Shown here one piece after another: positions 46,318 through 55,379 of a DNA stretch of 64,000 nucleotides. Below the pieces are notes generated by a model. That model searched no databases. It saw only the letters and a program-made list of their open reading frames with translations, and had not been told where the DNA came from. Location of the stretch: the IMG/VR virus record IMGVR_UViG_3300012665_001805; one strand, 5' to 3'. A program made the position numbers and the translations under genes. Origin of the DNA: a virus. Its lineage: Duplodnaviria; Heunggongvirae; Uroviricota; Caudoviricetes. Numbering within the stretch: the first letter of the stretch is position 1; every line of letters starts with the position of its first letter.

Positions 46318-47099
46318 TATACTCCTCTTTTTGTATCAAATGCAATAATATGATCTCTACCTGTCATATTGTATCCTTTTTCAGCACACATATCAAATAC
46401 AAGTGGATACATTTTAATTAATTCCTCTCTAGTATCTCCTGCTGGCATGATATAGGTTTTATCTTTAGGGATCTCTAGAAATTGTCTAATATCTTCAATT
46501 TCATTTAGATTTTCCTCTGTACCATCCCATACTGGTTTAAAGTGGTAATCTGTGTGAAAGTCGATCATCGCAGCCATTGCACTCAAGTTCATTCTCAACT
46601 TGTTGTGTTGGTTGACCATCTTTTGATCCGTGATTGCACCCGATGGTGTAGGAGTACCCACAACGGGTACACTATTACTAAACTTAGGACTAAGAGATAT
46701 AAGCCCAATAGGATAGTCAGTGTCAAGAAAATGCGACCCTTCAGTTTCAATAGTGATAAGAATACCTCTTTCATGAGCAAAATGTGTCAATTCGTTAACC
46801 AATTTTGGATGCATTGTAGGTGAACCTCCAGTTAACATCATTTCTTTGATGTGTGGATTTTCATCATAAATTTTGATGATATCATTAAAGGTAAACGTAC
46901 CTTTTTCTGGGTGGATACTTGTGTACCAAGAATCACACCATCCGCCTTCACCAAAGAAGCAACGGTGAGTACAACCTGTTGTGCGAACTGCAATCGTTGG
47001 ACGTCCAAAACGAGATCCCTCACTTTGAACGCAACGATATAGTTCTATAATAGGTAAAACTTTGTTATAATCTTCTATTCTTCCTAAAGTAGATTCCAT
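46317..47099 (-). CDS. queE: 7-carboxy-7-deazaguanine synthase (QueE, radical SAM)
   Basis: PIIELYRCVQSEGSRFGRPTIAVRTTGCTHRC...WCDS aligns with B. subtilis QueE N-terminus; unusual Cx3Cx7C spacing. Confidence 0.7.
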   Translation of the reverse strand: MESTLGRIEDYNKVLPIIELYRCVQSEGSRFGRPTIAVRTTGCTHRCFFGEGGWCDSWYTSIHPEKGTFTFNDIIKIYDENPHIKEMMLTGGSPTMHPKLVNELTHFAHERGILITIETEGSHFLDTDYPIGLISLSPKFSNSVPVVGTPTPSGAITDQKMVNQHNKLRMNLSAMAAMIDFHTDYHFKPVWDGTEENLNEIEDIRQFLEIPKDKTYIMPAGDTREELIKMYPLVFDMCAEKGYNMTGRDHIIAFDTKRGV

Positions 47100-47332
47100 T
47101 TTTCTTTTACTTGTGCTTCTGTTAAAACTCCGATTGACTTGTCTGCTTCTTGTCCGTCTTTCAAGAAAACTAACATTGGTACGCTTCGTACGCTATATTG
47201 AGCAGATAATGTTGGATTTTCATCCACGTTGATGAAACGTACAGGCATTGAATTACTTACGCGTTCCATAATAGGTTTGAAATTTCTGCATGGTCCACAC
47301 CATGGGGCACTAAAATAAAGAATTTCTTTCAT
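47084..47332 (-). CDS. thioredoxin
   Basis: WCGPC active site, 82 aa. Confidence 0.85.
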   Translation of the reverse strand: MKEILYFSAPWCGPCRNFKPIMERVSNSMPVRFINVDENPTLSAQYSVRSVPMLVFLKDGQEADKSIGVLTEAQVKEKWNLL

Positions 47333-47389
47333 TTTGTTAAAATATATGTAAATTTAATATCACCAAATGTAGTGGTGGAAATATAATAA

Positions 47390-47866
47390 TTATCCTTCAT
47401 AAATACTAGAGTTATTGTCGTTTTCGAAACATTCTACTTTGATTACTCGGCAACGTCCCGCGTCTGTTTTAGATAGTACTTCATTAAAATGATCAAATAC
47501 TAACTTAGCACATGATTCTGCGCCCATTTTGTCCATTACTCGAAGTGCACATAAACCTTCCATTGCTGCTGATTCGAAAAAGTCTAAGTATGGATCATCC
47601 TTCTCGATCAACAATGTGTGATCCCACATATAGTTCATCCAAGATTTCAAACCATTACCTTTAGGTGCATCTTTGAACCCACCGTAATCAACGATCCAGT
47701 TCATGTCATCTAATTGATTTTCCTCTAGTGGTTCGTTTGAAGCAAACCATACTTTGAATTTCAAAGCATAACCATGTAACAATTCACAATGTGAGTGAGA
47801 TGCTCTCCATTGTCTAAGTGCTACTGAATAATTTTCAAATAATTTTGTACTAATATATCTACCCAT
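47390..47866 (-). CDS. queD: 6-carboxy-5,6,7,8-tetrahydropterin synthase (QueD)
   Basis: SHSHCELLHGY (cf. E. coli HKCGRLHGH), WDHTLL (cf. LDHHYL). Confidence 0.7.
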   Translation of the reverse strand: MGRYISTKLFENYSVALRQWRASHSHCELLHGYALKFKVWFASNEPLEENQLDDMNWIVDYGGFKDAPKGNGLKSWMNYMWDHTLLIEKDDPYLDFFESAAMEGLCALRVMDKMGAESCAKLVFDHFNEVLSKTDAGRCRVIKVECFENDNNSSIYEG

Positions 47867-47867
47867 T

Positions 47868-48128
47868 TTAATTTATTTTATCGTAAGTTAATTCAAAGAT
47901 ATCAGGTTTACACGGATAAAATTCTCCTTTAACACCTTTAATAACATAATCGTTCCAAGAAAGTTCCATATCTCCTTCTAAAGTTCTTATAAAGTGGTAT
48001 AATGCTTCACCATCAGCTGAAGGGGTTACTATTAGGTTATTACCTAACATTTCATATACTTTTTCAATGTTATCAGATACGAATTGGATCGCTTCAATTT
48101 CAACTGGTTTTTTTCTGTATCTACCCAT
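47868..48128 (-). CDS. hypothetical protein
   Basis: 86 aa. Confidence 0.3.
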   Translation of the reverse strand: MGRYRKKPVEIEAIQFVSDNIEKVYEMLGNNLIVTPSADGEALYHFIRTLEGDMELSWNDYVIKGVKGEFYPCKPDIFELTYDKIN

Positions 48129-48299
48129 TTTTCTTTGTTGTTTTAGGTTTTTTAATTTCTGTATCTATATCGGTTAATTCGATAGTTACGTACTCGGGGA
48201 AGAACATATTTAATCCTACCCCGGTACAAATTTTAATGGTTCTTTTCTTTGCCATAACTTTTTGGTGTAATTCCCAGTTTATAATGCTTTTATCTTGCA

Positions 48300-48653
48300 T
48301 TATAGAGTAACTGTAAAAATTTGTTTGATAACAATTTCATTTGCTTCATATTTGTTATCTAATTTTTTAGCTACAGCAAAATCAATTGATACTCCTGGTT
48401 TATCTTCAATCCACATTTCTGTGATAAATTCGGAAGATTTAATTCCGTTGTGTTTATTGCGTGTTACTTTGAATACTGCTACTTTTACTTGTTGATTCAT
48501 GCTTGTTCCGTTATTATTTAATGTTAAACCTCCGTAAATGGTTGTTCCTGTTGTTAATGTTGTTCCTGATGTGTAATCGCCATTGAACATTCCGTTAAAT
48601 GATGTCGATGGGGTTGCACCTAGTGCTGTGTGTGTTGTTGGTGTGTTAAACAT
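48300..48653 (-). CDS. hypothetical protein, Thr/Gly-rich N-terminus
   Basis: 117 aa; no Cys, so not QueF. Confidence 0.3.
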   Translation of the reverse strand: MFNTPTTHTALGATPSTSFNGMFNGDYTSGTTLTTGTTIYGGLTLNNNGTSMNQQVKVAVFKVTRNKHNGIKSSEFITEMWIEDKPGVSIDFAVAKKLDNKYEANEIVIKQIFTVTL

Positions 48654-48656
48654 ATT

Positions 48657-49556
48657 TTAATTATTATGAGTTTCTAATACTTTTGTTACTTCTTCTACTA
48701 CATGTTCCCATGTTACGGGGCCATTCTCGTTTGCATACTTTGCAGGATCAGGACGACCTAATTTAATAAAGGCCTCTACACGCTCCACGGAACTTGCTGA
48801 TTTGTAATCAGAATACCATTCACCGAATTTAGTTCTAAGTGTTTCTTCTACTCGAGATGAAGCAGGTGCATATTCAATATAAATTGGTTTGTAAGATGTA
48901 TTTGTACGTGAATATACTTCCTCGAATTTAAGACCTAATTTATTACATAATCCTTCTCCATCTTGTAAGATAGTAAATTTATCACCTTCAAGATATGGTG
49001 TAAAGTAACCTACTTTTTCAGAACCCCAATTTCCAATTCTGAATGCTGCATCATCGGCATCACGGAATTCTTGTCTGCAATCTGGATAAATAGCATGATC
49101 ACCAGCGTGAATACCCATTGCAATATCACATTGTTCACCTGTTTTATCAGCGATTGAAAGTGCAACTGCTTGAGTAATTGAAGCAAAGATTTTGTTACGA
49201 TTAGGAACAACTGTTGCTTTCATATTTTCTTCAGCATAATGTCCTTCAGGTACTTCATCTCCACCTGTTACTAGTGCTGAATTAAGCAGATCTACTAGTC
49301 CATTTAATTGGATTTGGCGGTAGTTAACATGAGGGTATACTTCAATAAACCCATCAGGAAGTTTATTATGCGCATACATTCGTGTAGGATTATCATTTAA
49401 ATAATCTACTAATGATTGAGCGCGTTCAAGCTCAACTCTATGTTTTTGACCATAGTCAAAACTCAATGCTGTTACTGTATCGTACTCTTTCAAGCAACGA
49501 AGTAACAATGTAGAGGAGTCCATCCCTCCGCTAAGACTAACTACTACGTGTTTCAT
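48657..49556 (-). CDS. queC: 7-cyano-7-deazaguanine synthase-like PP-loop ATPase (QueC-like, extended C-terminus)
   Basis: N-terminal VVSLSGGMDSST PP-loop; 299 aa vs ~230 typical, lacks obvious C-terminal Zn Cys cluster. Confidence 0.7.
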   Translation of the reverse strand: MKHVVVSLSGGMDSSTLLLRCLKEYDTVTALSFDYGQKHRVELERAQSLVDYLNDNPTRMYAHNKLPDGFIEVYPHVNYRQIQLNGLVDLLNSALVTGGDEVPEGHYAEENMKATVVPNRNKIFASITQAVALSIADKTGEQCDIAMGIHAGDHAIYPDCRQEFRDADDAAFRIGNWGSEKVGYFTPYLEGDKFTILQDGEGLCNKLGLKFEEVYSRTNTSYKPIYIEYAPASSRVEETLRTKFGEWYSDYKSASSVERVEAFIKLGRPDPAKYANENGPVTWEHVVEEVTKVLETHNN

Positions 49557-49565
49557 ATTTTTTTA

Positions 49566-49817
49566 TTAAAATGGTAAATCATCATCTTCTAGTACTTTTG
49601 TACTCCAGTCAATTTCACCAGGTAAATCATCTGCTGGTCTAAAATAGAAATCCAAGAAATCTTTAGGGTATAAATGTACTGTACCTGTATATTTTGGATT
49701 TGAAATTTCTCTGTTTTGTGGTTTGATACCACCTTTATAAGCTGCCTGTGCAACTTCACCACCTAGTTCTTTACCTGCTGGTTTTCCTAGATAATCATAT
49801 AAACTTAAATATTCCAT
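49566..49817 (-). CDS. hypothetical protein
   Basis: 83 aa. Confidence 0.3.
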   Translation of the reverse strand: MEYLSLYDYLGKPAGKELGGEVAQAAYKGGIKPQNREISNPKYTGTVHLYPKDFLDFYFRPADDLPGEIDWSTKVLEDDDLPF

Positions 49818-49864
49818 AACTTTTTATTTGTATAAATATAATAAAAGAAAATATGGACTCCAAA

Positions 49865-50662
49865 TTAGAGCCCATTTATTTCACGAAACATACTAACATT
49901 CCAATCAATAAGATCTTCATTAATGAAATCAATACTTACATCTTGGTATTTATTCATATTTGCAATTGGTTTCATATGTAATCCCATTTTTGTATAAGGC
50001 ATTTCACCAATTGCAGCCATAATTGGATTTGATGTATCAATTGATTCAATACAAGGAATATTTTTATACATTCCAAATTCAATAGGTGATGCAGTTCCAA
50101 GCAAATGTACTCGATCATGTTGAGTTAACATTTTATCTTTATATAAACCACTCAAAACCATGTAACGACCAATTGCTTTACCCAAATCTACATTTGGATG
50201 CGGGCACATTTCACTATGGTAGTATTCAGCACCATATGAAAATGCAATTTTCTTGTATCCAAAATCACGATATGCTTGAACACATAAAAGTGCTTCATGT
50301 GATGATTTTGCTTGCACTACAGCTACTTTAATGGTATTGGATGGCATTTCAACACCTGCCCATTGTTTTGCATTTCTAACTGAAGAGGCATAATCTTCCC
50401 ATACATCTGGTACGATGAATTCGTTTGGTTTGATTTCATTTACCCAATGCATTAGGCGTTCTGAATTATAGGCTTCACCTAGTTCATGTAATGAATTATC
50501 CATTACAATATATCGTCCCATTTTCTTTGATTCATAGAAGAAATTACGGTATTCTTCATTTTCATCCATTAAGTGAGGTAAACAATAATCATAATCATTG
50601 AAAGCTCTACTCTGTTCTAAGAGGCAAAATGGTACCTCGTGGCTAATTTTTACTTTTTTCAT
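49865..50662 (-). CDS. tRNA-guanine-transglycosylase-superfamily protein, DpdA-like (candidate DNA 7-deazaguanine transglycosylase)
   Basis: 265 aa; VMDNSLHEL and RVHLLGTASP resemble TGT DSGG and HLxGxG motifs; heads the deazaguanine cluster. Confidence 0.5.
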   Translation of the reverse strand: MKKVKISHEVPFCLLEQSRAFNDYDYCLPHLMDENEEYRNFFYESKKMGRYIVMDNSLHELGEAYNSERLMHWVNEIKPNEFIVPDVWEDYASSVRNAKQWAGVEMPSNTIKVAVVQAKSSHEALLCVQAYRDFGYKKIAFSYGAEYYHSEMCPHPNVDLGKAIGRYMVLSGLYKDKMLTQHDRVHLLGTASPIEFGMYKNIPCIESIDTSNPIMAAIGEMPYTKMGLHMKPIANMNKYQDVSIDFINEDLIDWNVSMFREINGL

Positions 50663-50949
50663 GCTTCTGCGTATGCGTGTTCTTTTACTTCTGTCATTAA
50701 TGTTTCAGGATCTGCAAATCGTTGGGCATCATATCCAATCCAACGCATTCCCATTTTAGTGGTACCTTCATTTACGATACCTCTAATAATATAAACTCGT
50801 TGATCTAACGCATTTATATATTCCGATTCAACTTCATATTCTTTTCCTTTGATAACCTTAGCACCTTCAGGTAACCTACTATCATTTATACAAACAACTA
50901 CTTTCATATCAATCTGGGTTATAGTTATAAACTTTGTTAGCATATCCAT
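50659..50949 (-). CDS. hypothetical protein
   Basis: 96 aa. Confidence 0.3.
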   Translation of the reverse strand: MDMLTKFITITQIDMKVVVCINDSRLPEGAKVIKGKEYEVESEYINALDQRVYIIRGIVNEGTTKMGMRWIGYDAQRFADPETLMTEVKEHAYAEA

Positions 50950-51424
50950 TTACACAAGGACGTCCTGTATTGTATTCTCCAAATACTAATTTCCAATTAC
51001 CTCGCAAATTGTATAATCTTCTAAGTAATTTCATTGAAGTATACACATTATATTTAATGTCTGTACGTAATTTTTCCTTAGATACCATATCTTTGTTGAT
51101 ATAACGTGCAGTGGAAACCATTACTTGCATTGGTCCTACAGCTCCTGCACAAGATGTTTGAGCATGATTGTATTTCCAGTGGAAAGGACCTTTATATCCT
51201 GTTTCTGTATTTGCAATACCCAATGCATATCTCAACGGAATATTAAATGTATCAGCGTATGCTTTAATGTACTTATACATTTGCAATGATGGTGGTGATC
51301 CTTGATCGATACTATCCGGAATGCGCACTTCTTGAGTTGCTTCAACTTCCGGTTTAGTAACGGTGAAAGTGGTAACAGCAACCGCTCCTACCACAATCCC
51401 GACTTTAATACTATTTACCAGCAT
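50909..51424 (-). CDS. lytic transglycosylase (SLT domain), membrane-anchored
   Basis: N-terminal TM; ETGYKG...SCAGAVGPMQV matches SLT E-S-...AGA-G-MQ motif. Confidence 0.6.
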   Translation of the reverse strand: MLVNSIKVGIVVGAVAVTTFTVTKPEVEATQEVRIPDSIDQGSPPSLQMYKYIKAYADTFNIPLRYALGIANTETGYKGPFHWKYNHAQTSCAGAVGPMQVMVSTARYINKDMVSKEKLRTDIKYNVYTSMKLLRRLYNLRGNWKLVFGEYNTGRPCVNGYANKVYNYNPD

Positions 51425-51731
51425 TTGCTACTTCTTGGTGAATACGATTTGCATACATTCCAAAAATGGTTTGACCAATTTGATCTGAGTATACAATATA
51501 TTTTCCTGTTGCACGCTCAATCATGATCAATTCATTTGATTCATTGACAGCAATTGAAATTTCCTCAGGTGAAAATGCATGTGCATATGGGTTTTCTACT
51601 TTAGTATCTTCTTTTTGAGATGCTTGATACATTCCTCCTAACTTAAACATTGATGTTCCTACAGCAACTACAATAATTACATTCATTGCTGGCTTAAGTG
51701 TTTTAGCGATTGCTTCTTTTGTGATTTTCAT
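51411..51731 (-). CDS. membrane hypothetical protein
   Basis: 106 aa. Confidence 0.3.
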   Translation of the reverse strand: MKITKEAIAKTLKPAMNVIIVVAVGTSMFKLGGMYQASQKEDTKVENPYAHAFSPEEISIAVNESNELIMIERATGKYIVYSDQIGQTIFGMYANRIHQEVANAGK

Positions 51732-51750
51732 AACTTTTATTTTTAGGGAT

Positions 51751-51990
51751 TTATTTATTTTTCTTTACTGATTTTTTGATCTCATTATAGATATGCAACT
51801 CTGATTCAAATGTATTACCTTCGAATAGTGGTTGTTCAGTTAGTCTACCATGTTCAGTAGATGTACCATCGGGATTGATAGTTTTAGAAATTCGAATTCG
51901 TTTAGATGGTTCAGTAGGTTTTTTACAAAGCAAACCTAAACGTCTCAAAAATGACTTAAATTTTGTTTTTGTTTTTTTTCTAAATGTCAT
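51751..51990 (-). CDS. hypothetical basic protein
   Basis: 79 aa; promoter motif at 52011-52020. Confidence 0.3.
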   Translation of the reverse strand: MTFRKKTKTKFKSFLRRLGLLCKKPTEPSKRIRISKTINPDGTSTEHGRLTEQPLFEGNTFESELHIYNEIKKSVKKNK

Positions 51991-52010
51991 AACTCTTATT
52001 TTATAAGTGA

Positions 52011-52020
52011 AATATACGAA
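52011..52020 (-). promoter_or_regulatory. promoter-like motif TTCGTATATT
   Basis: ~20 nt upstream of ORF 51751..51990. Confidence 0.45.
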
Positions 52021-52028
52021 TAAAAATA

Positions 52029-52466
52029 TTATTTTCCAAGTTCTCCTTTAGTTTTTTCTAATAAAAGATTACGGATTCGTTCTTTTGCTTTCTCTCCTAA
52101 TGGTATTGAATTTCCACCTTCATCAATTTGAACAAAGGTAATATTTGTTTTCAGTACAAGATCTTGCTTACCTGTATAAACATTATGTGCTCTTGCCTCC
52201 ATATAAAGAGTCATAGAAGTATTACCTACTTTTACGGGATATCCATAAATTTTTAATAGTTGGGATTCTTTAGCAGGACGCTCAAAATTACATTGATCAA
52301 TTGATACTGTTACCATTCTTGGTGTATCACATAATTGCATTGAATAACCTGCAGCTGAAGCATCTATCCAGCTTAGTAGTTTACCGCCAAATAAGTTACC
52401 ATGAAAACCTAAATCGCTTTTTTTAATTGGGTGTGTGTTTAATAATTCCATTCTGTTTTTATCCAT
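52029..52466 (-). CDS. hotdog-fold acyl-CoA thioesterase (YbgC/4HBT-like)
   Basis: 145 aa; HGNLFGGKLLSWIDASAA pattern. Confidence 0.55.
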   Translation of the reverse strand: MDKNRMELLNTHPIKKSDLGFHGNLFGGKLLSWIDASAAGYSMQLCDTPRMVTVSIDQCNFERPAKESQLLKIYGYPVKVGNTSMTLYMEARAHNVYTGKQDLVLKTNITFVQIDEGGNSIPLGEKAKERIRNLLLEKTKGELGK

Positions 52467-52834
52467 TTATTGTCGTAATTATATTTAAAGCTTCCTATAT
52501 ATTGTTTATTCCATTCATTTGGGTTAATTAAAGATAAAAAAACTTTATCATCATTCCCACAGTAAAGGTGATAAATTTCACCAATTACCGGTTCGAAACT
52601 AAATTTTGATTGATAAACCAAATCGTTCCAATTATATTCATCAATTAGTTTTTGATATTCTGCTTTTAATTCATCAAATTTTGATTGAAATTGTTTATTA
52701 ACTTTGTTAACTCTAATTTGTTTCCAAGCATCAATATTATCAACAATAATTGATGGAGCACCTACATTTGATCCATAAGGTAATATGTTGGGGTTATCAG
52801 CAACATTATCTGGTTTTTTATCAGTCATACTCAA
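52439..52834 (-). CDS. hypothetical protein
   Basis: 131 aa. Confidence 0.3.
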   Translation of the reverse strand: MSMTDKKPDNVADNPNILPYGSNVGAPSIIVDNIDAWKQIRVNKVNKQFQSKFDELKAEYQKLIDEYNWNDLVYQSKFSFEPVIGEIYHLYCGNDDKVFLSLINPNEWNKQYIGSFKYNYDNKWIKTEWNY

Positions 52835-53931
52835 TTGGATAGTGGTGCTTTAATATGTGGGTGTGATTCGTAATTGTTCATTGTAAAAAAGTCGGGTCTA
52901 AACTTTTCTATTTTTTCATCAAATGGAATAGGACCAACTAATTCTTCATCCATTAAGTAATGATATTCATCTAAACACCAAAGTTCAGGTAATTTCATTG
53001 GCTCTCTTGTGATTTGTTCTTTAGCTTGTTCAATATGATTTGAATATAAATGAACATCACCTAAATTTCCAATTAATTCATCAGGTATCATATTGACTTC
53101 TTTTGCTAAGATTGTAAGTAATAATCCATAAGAAGCAATGTTGAATGGTAAACCTAAGAATGTATCTACACTTCGTTGGTTCCACATTAGAGAGATTGCT
53201 CGTTTAGGAGTTGACTCTTTCCATATTTCCTCTAAAAAATAATTTTGTTTCAATTTAGTATACTCATCAGTATTTTTTTTAACCCAATTTATTCGTTCTT
53301 CCCAAGTCAATTCTCTTGTATAAACTTGAAATCCATAATGACAAGGTGGGAGAGTCATTTGGTCTAACTCACCTACATTCCAAGCATTGACCATCAATCG
53401 TCTTGAGTCTGGGTTGGTTTTAAGGTCGTTGATTATGTTTTGGATTTGGTCTATGCCGGCCAATCCTTCAAATTCTCTTTCTGAACTATTCCAATCTCTC
53501 CATTGCTTACCATAAATTGGACCTAAATCACCAAACTCTTTTTCATGCCACTTATCTAAACAAATTGCCTTAGCTAACTCCTCCTGTGTAAGCTTTCTAG
53601 GTACCTCAAATGGTGTAGTTTTACTCATATGCTCATACCACTTTTCAAACGCTTTATAAGCATCACCATCCCAAATATGGCAATTATTTTCAACTAAATA
53701 CTTAATATTTGTATCGCCACGCAAGAACCAAATCAATTCGGTTGCAATTGTTTTAAATGGCATTTTTTTGGTTGTTAGTAAAGGAAACCCCTCAGACATC
53801 TTGTGTCTAATTTGTCTCCCAAATACTGAGATAGTACCTGTTCCAGTTCTATCTTGTTTTTGGACTCCATTGTCTAGGATATCCTTTAGAAGTCTAAGGT
53901 AATCATGTTCTATATTGTTTACAAGTCCCAT
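52831..53931 (-). CDS. thyA: thymidylate synthase ThyA homolog with two ~45-aa insertions
   Basis: DRTGTGT, ELIWFLRGDTN, PPCHYGFQVY (catalytic Cys), DTFLGLPFNIASY (Asn retained), GDVHLYSNH; 366 aa vs 264. Confidence 0.85.
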   Translation of the reverse strand: MGLVNNIEHDYLRLLKDILDNGVQKQDRTGTGTISVFGRQIRHKMSEGFPLLTTKKMPFKTIATELIWFLRGDTNIKYLVENNCHIWDGDAYKAFEKWYEHMSKTTPFEVPRKLTQEELAKAICLDKWHEKEFGDLGPIYGKQWRDWNSSEREFEGLAGIDQIQNIINDLKTNPDSRRLMVNAWNVGELDQMTLPPCHYGFQVYTRELTWEERINWVKKNTDEYTKLKQNYFLEEIWKESTPKRAISLMWNQRSVDTFLGLPFNIASYGLLLTILAKEVNMIPDELIGNLGDVHLYSNHIEQAKEQITREPMKLPELWCLDEYHYLMDEELVGPIPFDEKIEKFRPDFFTMNNYESHPHIKAPLSN

Positions 53932-54101
53932 ATACTTTTTCTTTTATGTTTAAATCTTTTTAATATCAACCCCAACATCAAGAATATCTTCTGTAGTTTC
54001 CTCTTCATCACTTAATTCTTTTTTGAATTGGTACCAAGAGGGATTAGGTAAACCACTATAATGGTCCCACAATTCCTCCTCTATTAAATCAACTTTACTC
54101 A

Positions 54102-54326
54102 TTAATTAATTTTTTCAAAACGATAAATTGGGTATCCTGATGTTTTTGCTTCTCCAACTTGTTCATGCCATTCATTATACGGACGAGCATGAAAACCTCC
54201 AAATGACATTGATTTATATATTACAAGTATTTCATTTGTATCAGTGTGATTACACATTGCTACAATTTCGTATTGACCACCTTTATAGTGTTGCCATTTT
54301 TCTCCGGGTTTTGGGTATTGATTCAT
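54102..54326 (-). CDS. hypothetical protein
   Basis: 74 aa. Confidence 0.3.
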   Translation of the reverse strand: MNQYPKPGEKWQHYKGGQYEIVAMCNHTDTNEILVIYKSMSFGGFHARPYNEWHEQVGEAKTSGYPIYRFEKIN

Positions 54327-54754
54327 TTTAAACTATCTGCTATTAATTGTTTATATTTTGTTGTTGACCAACCGTGATCTCTGTTGAGATATTTGATTGG
54401 AAGTTTTAGATCATCGCCTGTAAATGATTTTCCAATGTAATCATCTCCTAAGAATCTAATAACTTCGGCATTATTACCTTCATATAGATGTGTTGTTTCA
54501 AAGTGTTTTAGAAAATTATACAACTCTTTTTCATACGTGTATGTTAGGATATGATCAATTTGATTTAGGGAACCTAAAATATCTAAACGATCTTCTACAC
54601 TTAATACGGGTTTACATTTTTCAGGTCTTTCAATTGTGGGATCAGACTGTAAAAAGACTGATATTTCATCACATTGATCCATCATTTCATCAAACATTTT
54701 AATATATCCTGGGTGGATACAATCAAAACTTCCGGCTATAAGTCCTATTTTCAT
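54323..54754 (-). CDS. cytidylyltransferase-family nucleotidyltransferase (TagD/RfaE-II-like)
   Basis: GSFDCIHPGYIKMF = G-x-FD-x2-H-x-GH motif. Confidence 0.6.
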   Translation of the reverse strand: MKIGLIAGSFDCIHPGYIKMFDEMMDQCDEISVFLQSDPTIERPEKCKPVLSVEDRLDILGSLNQIDHILTYTYEKELYNFLKHFETTHLYEGNNAEVIRFLGDDYIGKSFTGDDLKLPIKYLNRDHGWSTTKYKQLIADSLK

Positions 54755-55335
54755 TTGTTCTTTTTTGGTCTACCACGTTTTACTTGTAAAACTCTAGGTA
54801 GAGGTTGGTTTAATACTTTTTTAGGGCGTCCACGCATGTCTTTACGGTTTGAAGCAGGAGTTTTGTGAAAAAATTCTTCTGCATAATAGTAAAAACTTAA
54901 AATATCGCCTGACCATCTAAGAAATGCTTCTTCGAGTTCTTCTTTGGTAATATTGTATTCAGATATAAACGCATCATATAAAGCAGATATACGATTATTT
55001 TCTTCCTTCTCAAAGTCTTCCATTAATTTTTTGTGACGCATGAAATCAACACCAGCAATTTCTAATTGGTAACGAGTTTCGTGTTTGGTAAAATCAAGTT
55101 TGTCTTTAGCAACATAAAGTGCATATTGTGCTTGCCAAAAATATGAAGATGGGTTGAAATCACCATTTAGGATACGGTCTTTGAGCAAAGCACGTTTACC
55201 TAATGGAACAACTTTGTCTGTGTGAGTTCTCCACCACATGAATCTATTGTAGTTGAGGGGTTGGAGCTTTTTGATATGCTCCATAACTGTTTCTCTACTG
55301 TGGCGAATGCAATTTTCTTTGATAAATGCGTACAT
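54751..55335 (-). CDS. hypothetical protein with C-terminal AT-hook-like GRPKK repeats
   Basis: GRPKKVL...RGRPKKNK. Confidence 0.35.
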   Translation of the reverse strand: MYAFIKENCIRHSRETVMEHIKKLQPLNYNRFMWWRTHTDKVVPLGKRALLKDRILNGDFNPSSYFWQAQYALYVAKDKLDFTKHETRYQLEIAGVDFMRHKKLMEDFEKEENNRISALYDAFISEYNITKEELEEAFLRWSGDILSFYYYAEEFFHKTPASNRKDMRGRPKKVLNQPLPRVLQVKRGRPKKNK

Positions 55336-55362
55336 AACCTTTATTTTCCGTAAATATAAAAA

Positions 55363-55379
55363 GGCTCCCTTAGGGAGCC
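55363..55379. terminator. bidirectional hairpin GGCTCCC-TTA-GGGAGCC with T-runs on both sides
   Basis: plus-strand T7 after stem and minus-sense T5. Confidence 0.5.

Noticed and set aside
48300-48653. Possibility that the 117-aa ORF is QueF (preQ0 reductase)
   Set aside because: No cysteine and no E(S/L)K(S/A)hK(L/Y)(Y/F/W) motif; the N-terminus is a Thr/Gly-rich low-complexity tract. Treated as hypothetical.
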